Assembly: GCA_903827955.1 (NCBI GenBank)
Contig: CAIKKJ010000054.1
Location: forward strand, 2,298-66,297
Direction of reading: 5' to 3'
DNA: 64,000 bases
Source: an uncultured Verrucomicrobia subdivision 3 bacterium
GTDB lineage: Bacteria; Verrucomicrobiota; Verrucomicrobiia; Limisphaerales; UBA11358
Below the pieces are notes generated by a model that was not told the origin of the DNA, searched no databases, and saw nothing but the letters and a program-made list of their open reading frames with translations. A program made the translations under genes and the position numbers. This document shows positions 38,095 to 48,182 of this stretch, piece after piece; position 1 is the stretch's first letter; each line of letters begins with the position of its first letter.

Positions 38095-39173
38095 ACAGAA
38101 ATTTTGACCGGCGCATTTCGTTTTGCGGATTCATGGCACGCATCTAAAACTTTTTGTGTCTTCAGCGCCCACATCGGCCAGTCGTCGTTCAATTTGCCGG
38201 AAAAAATCTGGGTCGCAAAATTACGCCACATCCGCGTGTCCTGCGCGGTGGGATGACCGAACGCCAGTGGATCGGCGGCAGGCGGGCATTTCACCCCACC
38301 CGAAACGACAATGGATTTTTCATTCACCTCGAATGTCGGTTCGTAGCCGTTAAACGGATGCACAAAATCCGGCAGGCGCAGCCAGCCTTTTTGGCCGCTG
38401 ACAAAAAACCACTGCTGTTTGGCAGCGAGAAATGAGGAATAGAATTCCGCCGTCACGCCACCCGGATAATTCAGCGTGGCGGAAAATTCCGTCGGCGATG
38501 ACGGCCGGCCCGCCAAGTTTTCCGACTGCGAAAGAATTTTGCCGGTGACGCTTTCTGGCAACTGCCAGTTTTGCACCCACAACGAAAAACGAATGGAATA
38601 CCAACCCAAATCGCCAAGGCAGCCAGTCGGTTCCAGATCGCCGTTCGCACGGATGTTCGTGCCAAAAAATTCCTCGCCGGGATAAAAACTGAACGCCGAG
38701 GCAAGGCGGCGGATCTGGCCGACACTCTGACCGTCATCGAGCACCGCGCGAATTTTTGGCAGGCGGATGTTGTGCATGAACATCACGCCGTCGAGAAATT
38801 GCACGGAGTTATTTTTACAGGCCGCGAGCATTGCTTCCAGTTCAGCGAGGTTCACAGCACACGGTTTTTCGCAGAGGACATGCTTTCCGTGCTGCGCGGC
38901 GCGGATGACAAAATCTTTTCGCAGTCCGGTTGGAACCGGCAGATAAATCGCATCAACGTTTTTCGCCACGAGCAATTCCTCGTAGCTGCCGAGCGCGTCG
39001 GGGATGAAGTCAAAGGCGTTTTCATCCTGACATTCGCGAATGAAGGCGCGGCTTTTCTGCACATCGCGGCTGGCGACGGCGGCGACGACGCAGTTTCCAG
39101 AATTCAAGATGGCCTTCCAGTTTTTCCGACCAATGCCGGCGGTGCTCAGGAAACCGATGCGGAGCTTTTTCAT
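38091..39173 (-). CDS. Gfo/Idh/MocA-family oxidoreductase
   Basis: N-terminal Rossmann LRIGFLSTAGIGRKN and the EKP motif (LCEKPCA). Confidence 0.85.
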   Translation of the reverse strand: MKKLRIGFLSTAGIGRKNWKAILNSGNCVVAAVASRDVQKSRAFIRECQDENAFDFIPDALGSYEELLVAKNVDAIYLPVPTGLRKDFVIRAAQHGKHVLCEKPCAVNLAELEAMLAACKNNSVQFLDGVMFMHNIRLPKIRAVLDDGQSVGQIRRLASAFSFYPGEEFFGTNIRANGDLEPTGCLGDLGWYSIRFSLWVQNWQLPESVTGKILSQSENLAGRPSSPTEFSATLNYPGGVTAEFYSSFLAAKQQWFFVSGQKGWLRLPDFVHPFNGYEPTFEVNEKSIVVSGGVKCPPAADPLAFGHPTAQDTRMWRNFATQIFSGKLNDDWPMWALKTQKVLDACHESAKRNAPVKISV

Positions 39174-39205
39174 AATTTGATTGGAGGTGGCGACGCGCGT
39201 GGTCT

Positions 39206-40111
39206 CTAATAAAAAGTAGTTTGCGTCTCGTCACCTCGACTCCCACAAGCCTCGCGGACGCGCTGCAAAATCACCTCCGCCAGCAGCGGTTCGGTGCCGA
39301 CGGATGGTGCATACCAAATTAATTTCCCGCCGCGTTCGGTGGGATTGCGCCACGTCGGCTGGCCCGCGGCAAGGCGTTCTTTCACGATCCGTTCCGGCTC
39401 GCCGAGCAGCACGGGAATGTCCTCGACCGCATGCAGCCCATCGCTGATAAAAAATGGCACGACCACAATATTTTTCGTTTTCACCGTCTCGTGACAGCCT
39501 TTGATAAAGGGCGCTTCTTCCATGAATACCGCGCCCACCTCGGCGAAAATTTTCAACGCGCGAATGAAGTCCGCCTGCCGCTCGACGGCTTTGCGCGAAT
39601 TGGCGTTGCGCCCCGTGCCATGCCCGGCGATGAGCAGCGTGGTGTCGGAAATTTTTGGCGGGCGCGGGAACGGAAATTTTTCCAGAACCTCCTTGGCGCG
39701 GGCGAGAATCACCGTGGTCATTAAGTTATGCGAGCCCACGGGCAGGCAGTAATGCCAGGAGGATGGAGGATGGAGGATGAAAGATGGAACAGTGGGAAAG
39801 CCAAGTTCCTTCGGGATCACTTCCGTGCTGAAATAGCCTTCGCTGATAAAAAACGGGACGATGAAAATTCTTGGCGCGGTGAGTTCGGCCAAAACTTTTT
39901 TGACCTGCGGCTCCTGTTTCCAAAACGCGGCGCGGACCTCGCGGAAAATGTTCCGGCGTCGCAACTCCGCGACGTGCTGGAGCACGGGCGCAGCGGACTG
40001 GTCGTTCAAGGACGTTCCGTGCCCGAGCAAAACCAGCGCGGCAGCGGAAAAATCTTCATTATTCACGCGCCCAAGTTGGCGGAGTTGCCAGAGGACTGCA
40101 AGCCGCGTCAA
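39206..40111 (-). CDS. CbiX/SirB-type chelatase (two CbiX domains)
   Basis: Duplicated LLGHGTS / IAGHGTG motifs with downstream FFISxG motifs. Confidence 0.7.
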   Translation of the reverse strand: MTRLAVLWQLRQLGRVNNEDFSAAALVLLGHGTSLNDQSAAPVLQHVAELRRRNIFREVRAAFWKQEPQVKKVLAELTAPRIFIVPFFISEGYFSTEVIPKELGFPTVPSFILHPPSSWHYCLPVGSHNLMTTVILARAKEVLEKFPFPRPPKISDTTLLIAGHGTGRNANSRKAVERQADFIRALKIFAEVGAVFMEEAPFIKGCHETVKTKNIVVVPFFISDGLHAVEDIPVLLGEPERIVKERLAAGQPTWRNPTERGGKLIWYAPSVGTEPLLAEVILQRVREACGSRGDETQTTFY

Positions 40112-40193
40112 TTGACGAAGAATTTTGTTGAACCTTTTACTCGGTTGTGGCGTCTTAATTGCCGACCGTCATCAAACCAAACCAAAAACATCA

Positions 40194-40604
40194 ATGAACC
40201 TGACCAAATTCACGCTCGCAGCCATGGCTGCGGCTTTCACTGTCACGCTGGCCGCCAGTGGTGCCGATACCAAGCTGCCGCCGGCGTCCGACAAGAAGGA
40301 CGTGACCTATGCCACCGACATCAAGCCCATTTTCGACGCCAACTGTGTGAAATGTCATAGCGGCGACCGCGCGAAAGCCCGGCTGCACATGGACACGCTC
40401 GAAGGCGCGCTCAAGGGAACCAAAGCTGGAAAAATCGTCACCGTCGGAGACAGCGCGAAGAGCTTCATTGTGAAGAGTATCTCCCACGCGACCGGTGAAC
40501 GCGATGAATGGATGCCGCCCACGCCCAACAAAGCCGGAGCCAAGACGCTCACGCCCCAAGAAATCGGCCTCGTTCGCGCATGGATTGATCAGGGCGCGAA
40601 ATAA
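40194..40604 (+). CDS. secreted c-type cytochrome domain protein (PSCyt1-like)
   Basis: Signal peptide, IKPIFDANCVKCHSG (CXXCH), and WMPP motif. Confidence 0.75.
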   Translation: MNLTKFTLAAMAAAFTVTLAASGADTKLPPASDKKDVTYATDIKPIFDANCVKCHSGDRAKARLHMDTLEGALKGTKAGKIVTVGDSAKSFIVKSISHATGERDEWMPPTPNKAGAKTLTPQEIGLVRAWIDQGAK

Positions 40605-40620
40605 TTTTCCGCAAAAACAA

Positions 40621-40655
40621 ACGGCGCCGTCCAAAAATGGATGGCGCCGTTTTTA
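40621..40655. terminator. bidirectional intrinsic terminator between convergent genes
   Basis: acggcgccgtcc aaaaat ggatggcgccgt is flanked by an A-run and a T-run. Confidence 0.7.
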
Positions 40656-42476
40656 CTTTTCCAGTGGCGACAGCGGCAAACGCTTCTGTTGCTTCACCCG
40701 TTGCAACTCATGGAGACATTCCATGCGCGCCTCGTCATTCATTTCCGGTGTGCCAGCCTTGTGAGTCAGAGCGGCAATCTGCTGGTCAAAAAACTGGTTG
40801 CGCAACTTCAGCGTCACGTCAGCGAGTTGCCGGTCAGCGTTCGACAACGGACGACCGTCGGCCACAGCCTCGGTAACCAGGCTGCGGAGCATGGGTGGTT
40901 CCAGCCCGTCTAAAAATTCCGCCAGCGTGCGCCAAAGCTCGTGTTCACACGCAGTCAGACGCGCCGCCACGATCTGCCGCACGAACGGATGTGCGAGCCA
41001 GTTCACGTCCAGATGCGCGGCAAGCCACGGCGCAAGGTCTTCGTGAAGAAATAAAATTTTCAACAGATGGAGTTCGTTATTCGCGGGACGGCCGAGGGTT
41101 TCAGCCTCAACTTCACCAGCGAGAACAGAATCGTCCGGGCCATTGTCCTCCGTGCGAACATAAGCCGGTGCGGCCTTGACCTTGGAAAATTCCTTGCGCA
41201 CCGCATCCACGGCCACGCCGAGACGTAGCGCGGTTTTTTGCGCGTGGGTGTCGAGCAAAACGGAATTATTTGTTTTGTGCAAAGCCTCAGCCATGCCGCG
41301 CAGTATAGCGAGCTGCCCCTTGTCCGTTGCCGCGTCGTTCGTGGCGCAAAGGCGCTTTAGCAGGTAATCAAAAAAACCTTCCGCATTCTCGACAAGCTGG
41401 CGATATGCCTCGCCGCCAAAATTTTTGATGAAGCTGTCCGGGTCGTGCGGCGCAGGCACGACAGCCACACGCACGGCGAGTTCCGCCGCGAGCAGATGGT
41501 CGAGTGAACGCACAATCGCATTTTGCCCGGCGTTGTCGGAATCGAAACACAGCACAACCTCGTTGGCGTAGCGTTTGATGATCCGAGCGTGCTGGTCGGT
41601 GAACGCCGTGCCTTGCGGGGCAACGATGTTCTGCACACCAGCCATGAAGCAGGCGATCAAATCCAACTGGCCTTCACAAATAATCGCGTAACCGGCATCG
41701 AGAATCGCGCGTTTGGATTTGTCGAGACCGAAGAAGATTTTGCTCTTGGTGAAAATCGGCGTCTCCGGTGAGTTGACATACTTCGCCGTTTTTTCGTCCC
41801 CGCTCAAAACCCGTCCGCTGAACGCAACCACCCGGCCCTGCTCGTCGCAAATTGGAAACATTAACCGACCACGAAAACGGTCGTAGTGGCGACCAGCTTC
41901 CTCTTTTTTGATGATGAGTCCGGCTTGCTCGACGATTTCAATCGGAAAATTTTTACTCTTCGCCCAGTTCACCGTGTCATCCCAAAGTTCCGGCGCGGCA
42001 CCGATGCGAAAAAGTTTTATCGCATCCGCCGAGACGCCGCGCTTGGCGAGATAATCACGCGCTACTTGCCCGGCGGCTTCATTGGCGAGACAGTTTTGCC
42101 AGCGCGTCGCGAGCTGGTCGTGGATTTCCAACAACTGGTCTTTGAGATGCCGCGATTCCTGCGCGCCGGGCGTGTTCTCAAATTCGAGAGGAATTTTCGC
42201 GCGCTCTGCGAGCCGCCGCACGGCGTCCATGAAACCGATGTTCTCGTAATCTTTGACGAAGGTGAAAACATCGCCGCCCTTGTGGCAGCCGAAGCAGTGA
42301 AAAATTTGCTTGTGCGGATTGACGTTGAAGCTCGGAGATTTTTCCTTGTGAAACGGGCAGAGCGCGGTGAAGTTTGCGCCGTTCTTTTTCAGCGGCAGGT
42401 AGGAGCCGATGACGTCCACGATGTCGCTGGCGGCGCGGATTTGTTCGCGCGTGGCGGGAGAGAGGAAGCCGGCCAT
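40653..42476 (-). CDS. dnaG: DNA primase
   Basis: Zinc finger CPFHKEKSPSFNVNPHKQIFHCFGCHKGGD and a TOPRIM core (EGQLDLI, DSDNAG). Confidence 0.95.
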   Translation of the reverse strand: MAGFLSPATREQIRAASDIVDVIGSYLPLKKNGANFTALCPFHKEKSPSFNVNPHKQIFHCFGCHKGGDVFTFVKDYENIGFMDAVRRLAERAKIPLEFENTPGAQESRHLKDQLLEIHDQLATRWQNCLANEAAGQVARDYLAKRGVSADAIKLFRIGAAPELWDDTVNWAKSKNFPIEIVEQAGLIIKKEEAGRHYDRFRGRLMFPICDEQGRVVAFSGRVLSGDEKTAKYVNSPETPIFTKSKIFFGLDKSKRAILDAGYAIICEGQLDLIACFMAGVQNIVAPQGTAFTDQHARIIKRYANEVVLCFDSDNAGQNAIVRSLDHLLAAELAVRVAVVPAPHDPDSFIKNFGGEAYRQLVENAEGFFDYLLKRLCATNDAATDKGQLAILRGMAEALHKTNNSVLLDTHAQKTALRLGVAVDAVRKEFSKVKAAPAYVRTEDNGPDDSVLAGEVEAETLGRPANNELHLLKILFLHEDLAPWLAAHLDVNWLAHPFVRQIVAARLTACEHELWRTLAEFLDGLEPPMLRSLVTEAVADGRPLSNADRQLADVTLKLRNQFFDQQIAALTHKAGTPEMNDEARMECLHELQRVKQQKRLPLSPLEK

Positions 42477-42485
42477 GTGCTGCGA

Positions 42486-43166
42486 TCAACGATGCACGCC
42501 GTCGGAGGCTTTTTTGACCTGCACCGTGCCGTTGATGAGCAGCATGCCCAGGTTGTCCTTGACGAACGGCCCCATCAGCGACTTTTTAAAGACGCCCGTC
42601 TGGATTTCGGCCATGCTCGGAATGAAATCGCCGCTGTAATCTTTCATACCACCGCCATACCAGCGATTCTTGTAAGCCTTGTCAGCAGCGATTTCAGCCG
42701 CCGAATAGAACGGCGCATTCAACAACGCCAAAAAAAACAGGGTGATACAAGCATACCGAATAATCCCCGAAATGATTCCCAGATAATATTCGCCGCCGCC
42801 AAAAGCATTGCTGCCGGAAACTTTTTCCCGAAAAATTTTTGCCAGAAACGAATAGACAATCATCACCCCCATGCAGATGGCGAGATAACTGACCATAAAC
42901 GACACTGTGCGGTCATTGAATGATTTGCCGACGATTTGTTTTACGTAGCCCGTTTTTTGGACAATTTCGCCGAGCGCCTCGCACCCCAGACCCGCGCCAA
43001 TGACGGCCGCCAGCCACATCAAAGTCGGCAGCGCCTCGCGGCTCATGCCCCGCTTGCGACCGCGCCAGAAGCCAAACGCCAGCACTGCCACCAGCACCAC
43101 GTCAAACCAATTGAATGACAGGTTCTGCCACCATGGCGTCGTTTTCTGGACGGTTGCAGCAATCAT
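42486..43166 (-). CDS. CvpA-family membrane protein
   Basis: N-terminal FNWFDVVLVAVLAFGFWRGRKRG and four TM helices. Confidence 0.65.
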   Translation of the reverse strand: MIAATVQKTTPWWQNLSFNWFDVVLVAVLAFGFWRGRKRGMSREALPTLMWLAAVIGAGLGCEALGEIVQKTGYVKQIVGKSFNDRTVSFMVSYLAICMGVMIVYSFLAKIFREKVSGSNAFGGGEYYLGIISGIIRYACITLFFLALLNAPFYSAAEIAADKAYKNRWYGGGMKDYSGDFIPSMAEIQTGVFKKSLMGPFVKDNLGMLLINGTVQVKKASDGVHR

Positions 43167-43343
43167 AGTTAAAAAATAAATCGTTGGCGGGTGATTACCA
43201 GCGAAATCCGCGCCAACCAGCCCGCTAAATCTAAATTATGGGATTATGCCGATTACGGAAGTGAGTGAAGGGACAGCCAAAAACCCAATCTCGACCAATT
43301 TGAGCGGACTTGTCATTTCGCTTTGGCGGCTTAAACTTGCAGG

Positions 43344-43802
43344 GTGAAAACCGAAGTCGTGCCCGTTCAAATCCGCGGAATCCTGCCGGCCAACAACAGT
43401 TGTGCGCTGTTTGTGGGCAATGACCAGAAGGTTTTTGTCATCCAGGTCGAGCCCCAGATGGGCGCGGTCATCGGGATGTTTCTGCGTGACACACCGAAGG
43501 AACGTCCGCTCACACACGACCTTATCAACCGAGTCTTTCAAGGTTTCGGCATCAACGTCGAGCGCGTCATCATCACCGACCTGAAAAATTCCACCTACTT
43601 CGCGCGGCTGATTTTACAGCAGCAAAACGAGCTGCACACCGAACGGAAAATCGTGGAGCTGGATGCGCGCCCCAGCGATTGCCTTGCGCTGGCCGCGGCG
43701 CAGAAAAAACCGGTGTTTGTTTCCGCCAAACTTTTTGAGTCGGTCGAAGACATGAGTTCCGTGCTGGAAAAAATGAATGAGTCCGGCGAAGAGTCAGATT
43801 GA
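43344..43802 (+). CDS. bifunctional nuclease (BFN/DUF151) family protein
   Basis: PLTHDLI and DARPSDCLALA motifs. GTG start. Confidence 0.75.
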   Translation: MKTEVVPVQIRGILPANNSCALFVGNDQKVFVIQVEPQMGAVIGMFLRDTPKERPLTHDLINRVFQGFGINVERVIITDLKNSTYFARLILQQQNELHTERKIVELDARPSDCLALAAAQKKPVFVSAKLFESVEDMSSVLEKMNESGEESD

Positions 43803-43803
43803 A

Positions 43804-44940
43804 ATGCCCGCCGCAACTCCCAACCCGCTCGCGCTGGTCTTTGGCGATGACGATCTGGCCGTCAAGCTGCGCGCAAAACAAATTTTCACCGAATGGTCGG
43901 TGGAACTCGGCGGCATGGATCACGAAATCATCGAGGCCACCGCCAGCAATAGCGGCGATGCGCTGACCGTGCTCGGCAAACTCCGCGAGGCATTAAACAC
44001 CCTGCCCTTCTTCGGCGGCGGTAAAGTCGTCTGGCTGCGCGACTGTAATTTTCTCGGCGAGGACCGCACAGCTTCGGCGGCAGCGGTGACGGAAACCTTG
44101 GCGGAAGTTTCCGAGGAGTTGAAAAATTTTCAATGGCAGAACGTCCGCCTGCTGATAAGCGCCGGCAAAGTGGACAAGCGGAAAACATTTTTCAAGACGC
44201 TGGATAAAATCGGCACGGTGGAATTGTTTGCCGCTTGGTCGCTGGACGACAAGGACTGGGCGGACCGCGCGCAAATCGCCGCGCGCAACGCGCTCAAAGT
44301 TCGGCAGAAGGATATTTCGCGCGAAGCGCTCATGGAATTGATGCAGCGCGCCGGCAGCAGCGCCCGCCAGTTGGAAAATGAAGTGGAGAAACTTTGCGTA
44401 TCAATCGGCGGCCGAAACAAAATTGAATTGGCGGATGTAACGCAGATTTGCCCGCTCAATAAGTCAGCGCGAGCGTTTGCGCTGGGCGACGCGCTGGGCG
44501 ACCGCAACCTGCCCGCGCTGTTAAAATGCCTGGATGAAGAACTTTGGGAAATCCGCGCAAAGATCAACAAGGATAAGTCAGAAATCGGCCTGCTCTACGG
44601 GCTGACCACCAAGGTGCGCGCACTGCTGTTTCTGAAGGAGATGATGCGCGAAGGCTGGATCAAGGAACCGCGCGATTACAATTCCTTCAAGGCGCAACTG
44701 GAACGCGTTCCCGCCGACAAAATGCCGGCGGAAAAGAAATTTAATCCGCTCGCCACCAATCCGTATGTGCTTTACAAAGCGCTGCCGCAGGTCAGAAAAT
44801 ACACCTCGTCTGAACTGGTGAACGCGCTGGAAGTTTTGCTGCGCTGCAACCAGCGACTGGTGAGCAGCGGGCTGGACGAGGCGCTCGTGCTCCAGCAGGC
44901 GCTCGTGCAAATTGTAACGCCATCACCGGTCGCGGCTTAA
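43804..44940 (+). CDS. holA: DNA polymerase III subunit delta
   Basis: Length and pattern (LALVFGDDD.., ..QLENEVEKL..) are HolA-like. The ATG lies 1 nt after the upstream stop, and the ORF opens at 43777. Confidence 0.6.
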   Translation: MPAATPNPLALVFGDDDLAVKLRAKQIFTEWSVELGGMDHEIIEATASNSGDALTVLGKLREALNTLPFFGGGKVVWLRDCNFLGEDRTASAAAVTETLAEVSEELKNFQWQNVRLLISAGKVDKRKTFFKTLDKIGTVELFAAWSLDDKDWADRAQIAARNALKVRQKDISREALMELMQRAGSSARQLENEVEKLCVSIGGRNKIELADVTQICPLNKSARAFALGDALGDRNLPALLKCLDEELWEIRAKINKDKSEIGLLYGLTTKVRALLFLKEMMREGWIKEPRDYNSFKAQLERVPADKMPAEKKFNPLATNPYVLYKALPQVRKYTSSELVNALEVLLRCNQRLVSSGLDEALVLQQALVQIVTPSPVAA

Positions 44941-44958
44941 ATATTTAACAGAACCAAA

Positions 44959-45480
44959 ATGTCATCAGCCAATCTGTCAGTGCTGGTCGGGAAAAAAACC
45001 GCGTGCCTCCGCATCGCCGGGCGGGCGAACTTTGCGAGCAGCCCGGATTTTAGGGCGGTCTTGAGCGGGCTTTCAGAAAAAGGCTACAAGCACTTCGTCA
45101 TTGATCTCACGGATTGCGTGCTGATGGACAGCACGTTTCTTGGTGTGCTCGCCGGCTTCGGCATGAAACTCAACCCCAAGGGCGCCCCGGCTGAACTTGG
45201 CATCGAACTGCTCAACGCCACGACGCGGGTGAGCGAACTGCTGGAAAATCTCGGCGCGGTGCATTTGTTCCGGCTGAAAAACGGCGCGGTGGAAATGCCG
45301 GATGATGCGAAGATCTGCGAGCCGGCATCCATCAACCCCACGCATGAACAAATCACCCGGACTAGCCTTGAAGCCCATCAGACGCTGATGGCGATGAATC
45401 CGGACAACGTCGCACGATTCAAGGATGTGGCGCAGTTTCTCTCGGAAGATTTGAAGTCGCTGGAAAAATCTGCGGAATAA
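44959..45480 (+). CDS. STAS-domain protein (anti-sigma-factor antagonist-like)
   Basis: Pattern CLRIAGRANF..DLTDCVLMDSTFLGVLAG. Confidence 0.6.
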   Translation: MSSANLSVLVGKKTACLRIAGRANFASSPDFRAVLSGLSEKGYKHFVIDLTDCVLMDSTFLGVLAGFGMKLNPKGAPAELGIELLNATTRVSELLENLGAVHLFRLKNGAVEMPDDAKICEPASINPTHEQITRTSLEAHQTLMAMNPDNVARFKDVAQFLSEDLKSLEKSAE

Positions 45481-45502
45481 ATTTCTGCTGCAAAGTTGCG
45501 CG

Positions 45503-45535
45503 AAAAAGGACAGGCAAACGCCTGTCCTTTTTTTG
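45503..45535. terminator. bidirectional intrinsic terminator
   Basis: aaaaa-ggacaggc-aaac-gcctgtcc-ttttttt, lying between the convergent STAS gene and ftsH. Confidence 0.8.
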
Positions 45536-45578
45536 TTTTTAATTTTGTGAGTTTTTGCGCCTTTTTGCGGCTGAAAAA

Positions 45579-47630
45579 TCAGCCGGCAGGCGCCGGTGCC
45601 GGTGTGCCGAGGCCACCGGGCAATTTCGGCGGTGCGGGCTTGGGCGGTGTTTCCGGCAACGGCGTGCCGGCGGGCGCGCCCATCATCGGCTTGAGATCCA
45701 CCGGCGGCTTGGGCGGCGGCGTAAATGTTCCGGTGCGCACGATGTCCGCCACCTGCGCGCCGTCGAGGGTTTCGTATTCCAGCAAACTATTGGCGATGAT
45801 TTCCAGCTTGTCGCGGTTCTCATCAATCAATTTTTTGGCGGTGTTGTAACCGTCGTCCACCAAGCGTTTCACTTCGGCGTCAATGGCCTTGGCGGTTTCT
45901 TCGCTGTATTCCTTGGAACGCTTCATGTCGCGTCCGAGAAAAACATATTCCTCGCTGTCGCCATAAAGCACGTTGCCCAATTTGTCGCTCATGCCCCAGT
46001 GCATGATCATGGCCTTGGCCATTTGCGTGGCCATCTGGATATCGCCAGACGCGCCGGAGGAGATGTCATCAGTGATGATCTCTTCGGCGATACGTCCGCC
46101 CATCGCCACCGCAAGATCATCCACCAACTGTTTCTTGCGCTGGCTCAAGATATCCTGCTTCGGCAGCATCATCGTCACACCCAGCGCGCGGCCGCGGGGA
46201 ATAATCGTGACCTTGTGCAGCGGATGCGTGTGCTTGAGCAGCACGTTGACGAGCGCGTGGCCGGCTTCGTGCCAGGCCGTGCCGCGTTTTTCCTCGTCGG
46301 ACATTGCCATACTGCGACGTTCGCGGCCCCAGCGGACTTTATCGCGCGCTTCTTCCAATTCCAATTGATCCACGGATTTCTTGTTCGTGCGCGCGGCGAG
46401 CAACGCAGCTTCGTTCAACAAATTGGCCAGCTCCGCGCCGGAGTAGCCGGGCGTGCCGCGCGCGATGATGGACAAATCCACATTCGGCGCGAGCTTCACA
46501 TTCTTGGCGTGAACCTTCAAAATCGCTTCGCGTCCGCGCACATCGGGCAGGTTCACCGTGACTTGACGGTCAAAGCGTCCGGGACGCAACAGCGCGGGAT
46601 CGAGCACATCGGGACGATTCGTTGCGGCGATGATGATGATGCCTTCCTGCGTGTCAAAGCCGTCCATCTCCACGAGCAACGCATTCAACGTCTGTTCGCG
46701 TTCGTCGTTGCCGCCGCCGAGGCCGTGGCCGCGGGAACGACCGACGGCGTCAATTTCATCAATGAAAATCAAGCACGGTGTGCTCTTGCGCGCCTGTTCA
46801 AACATGTCGCGCACGCGGCTGGCGCCCACGCCGACGAACATTTCCACAAAGTCCGAACCGCTGATGCTGAAGAACGCCGCGTCCGCCTCGCCCGCGATGG
46901 CTTTGGCCAAAAGCGTTTTGCCGGTTCCCGGCGGTCCGATCATCAAGACGCCTTTCGGAATGCGGCCACCGAGGCGCTGAAATTTTTTCGGATCTTTCAA
47001 GAAGTCCACGAGCTCGGAAACTTCCTCCATCGCTTCTTCCACGCCGGCGACGTCTTTGAACGTCGTCTTGTTGCGTTCCTTGGCGAGCATCTTCGCCTTG
47101 CTCTTGCCGAAGCTCAACGCGCCTTTGCCCGCCGCTTTGATCTGGCGGATGAAGAAAAACCAGAACAACACGCCGAGAATCAAAAATGGCGCGATACCCC
47201 AGATGACATTTTGCACCATGACGTTCGGCGACGTCGCTTCAATCCGGTCGGAAACGAGCAACTGATCGAGCATTTTTTGGGTGAGCAAAACATTCGGCGC
47301 GGAAAACCGAGTTTCTTCCTTGGTCGGCTTGCCGTCCTTGTCCGCCTTGAATAGCGTGCCGGTGATGGGCGTCAGTTGCGACGTCTGGTTGCCCAGATTA
47401 ATCTTGGCATGGGCGACGAAGTTCGACTGAAACAGCGCCAGAAATTCCGATTGCTGGATTTCTTTAGCCTCCGAAGTGGGCATCCGCCCCCGCATGGCCA
47501 CCAGCGCGACTGTGGCCGCGATGATGCCCGCCCACGCCAGCAGCGTGAACGTGGGAATTTTGAAACCACCGCCGTCGCCAGCCGATTTTTTATCAGCGGG
47601 CTTTTTGTTGGAAGAATCGTCGTCGAACAT
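45579..47630 (-). CDS. ftsH: ATP-dependent zinc metalloprotease FtsH
   Basis: [13 protein letters not shown], the SRH region, and HEAGHAL. Confidence 0.97.
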   Translation of the reverse strand: MFDDDSSNKKPADKKSAGDGGGFKIPTFTLLAWAGIIAATVALVAMRGRMPTSEAKEIQQSEFLALFQSNFVAHAKINLGNQTSQLTPITGTLFKADKDGKPTKEETRFSAPNVLLTQKMLDQLLVSDRIEATSPNVMVQNVIWGIAPFLILGVLFWFFFIRQIKAAGKGALSFGKSKAKMLAKERNKTTFKDVAGVEEAMEEVSELVDFLKDPKKFQRLGGRIPKGVLMIGPPGTGKTLLAKAIAGEADAAFFSISGSDFVEMFVGVGASRVRDMFEQARKSTPCLIFIDEIDAVGRSRGHGLGGGNDEREQTLNALLVEMDGFDTQEGIIIIAATNRPDVLDPALLRPGRFDRQVTVNLPDVRGREAILKVHAKNVKLAPNVDLSIIARGTPGYSGAELANLLNEAALLAARTNKKSVDQLELEEARDKVRWGRERRSMAMSDEEKRGTAWHEAGHALVNVLLKHTHPLHKVTIIPRGRALGVTMMLPKQDILSQRKKQLVDDLAVAMGGRIAEEIITDDISSGASGDIQMATQMAKAMIMHWGMSDKLGNVLYGDSEEYVFLGRDMKRSKEYSEETAKAIDAEVKRLVDDGYNTAKKLIDENRDKLEIIANSLLEYETLDGAQVADIVRTGTFTPPPKPPVDLKPMMGAPAGTPLPETPPKPAPPKLPGGLGTPAPAPAG

Positions 47631-47690
47631 TTTGCCGCCAAAATATCACGCCATTCCCGCTTCTGCAATGCGTGAATTCAGCCGGTCATT

Positions 47691-47738
47691 TCCTAATCTT
47701 AAGCCGGCTCCTCCTCATCCTCGCCTAAGATTAGGCCT
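47691..47738. repeat. degenerate palindrome cctaatctta / taagattagg with internal GCCTAAGATTAGGC
   Basis: 10-bp arms with a 25-nt loop, resembling decayed core/inverse-core motifs. Confidence 0.6.
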
Positions 47739-47818
47739 CAAGACCCCCAACGAAGTCTACTACGAACAACCACCCTTTTGTCGCACTACAAATGTGAAAC
47801 TAAACGGCGTAAATAATC

Positions 47819-48001
47819 TCATGGCCTTTTTTCTAACTGCTCGATGCGACTTTCCAGGGAAGCAACTTTTGCTTCCAACTCTTTCTTGGAGTATTTGCTG
47901 CCGAATAGCTTGGCAATCCAATCCTGAATCCCCGTGATGCTGAGAATAATAAGGCAGATGGTAATCGAAATAGCCCAATCAACAAGTCTGTCTGGTGTCA
48001 T
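47819..48001 (-). CDS. cassette ORF: small single-TM protein with C-terminal coiled coil
   Basis: MTPDRLVDWAISITICLIILSITGIQDWIAKLFGSKYSKKELEAKVASLESRIEQLEKRP. An alternative GTG start lies at 48031. AT-rich codon usage. Confidence 0.5.
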   Translation of the reverse strand: MTPDRLVDWAISITICLIILSITGIQDWIAKLFGSKYSKKELEAKVASLESRIEQLEKRP

Positions 48002-48038
48002 AATGTTTGTGTGTTTTGTTTTTGTTGTCACGCGAGCC

Positions 48039-48182
48039 GCCTAACATCCAAACCTGAGCCACCGCCGAGTCTTAGCAGACTGCCACCCAGCGTGAACCGC
48101 GACAGCGGAACCCGTAGCACGGTGGCAGCCAGCGCCATCGGCTAGGTGGCCGTCCGCAAGGACCTCCAGCGAGTGGTTAGGC
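48039..48182 (-). repeat. attC-like structured repeat, copy A (144 bp)
   Basis: On the minus strand it reads GCCTAAC ... GTTAGGC. It shares a 90-bp core (1 mismatch) with copy B, and the TAA stop of the upstream ORF lies inside GCCTAAC. Confidence 0.55.

Noticed and set aside
39728-40360. 210-aa plus-strand ORF
   Set aside because: It is antisense to the cbiX-like gene and is out of frame with the cytochrome c domain gene, whose signal peptide starts at 40194.
41886-42923. 345-aa plus-strand ORF
   Set aside because: It is antisense to dnaG and cvpA and spans their junction.
45555-47354. 599-aa plus-strand ORF
   Set aside because: It lies entirely antisense to the unmistakable ftsH gene. 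The sequence is Arg/Gly/His-rich and low-complexity, which is typical of spurious antisense ORFs in GC-rich DNA.
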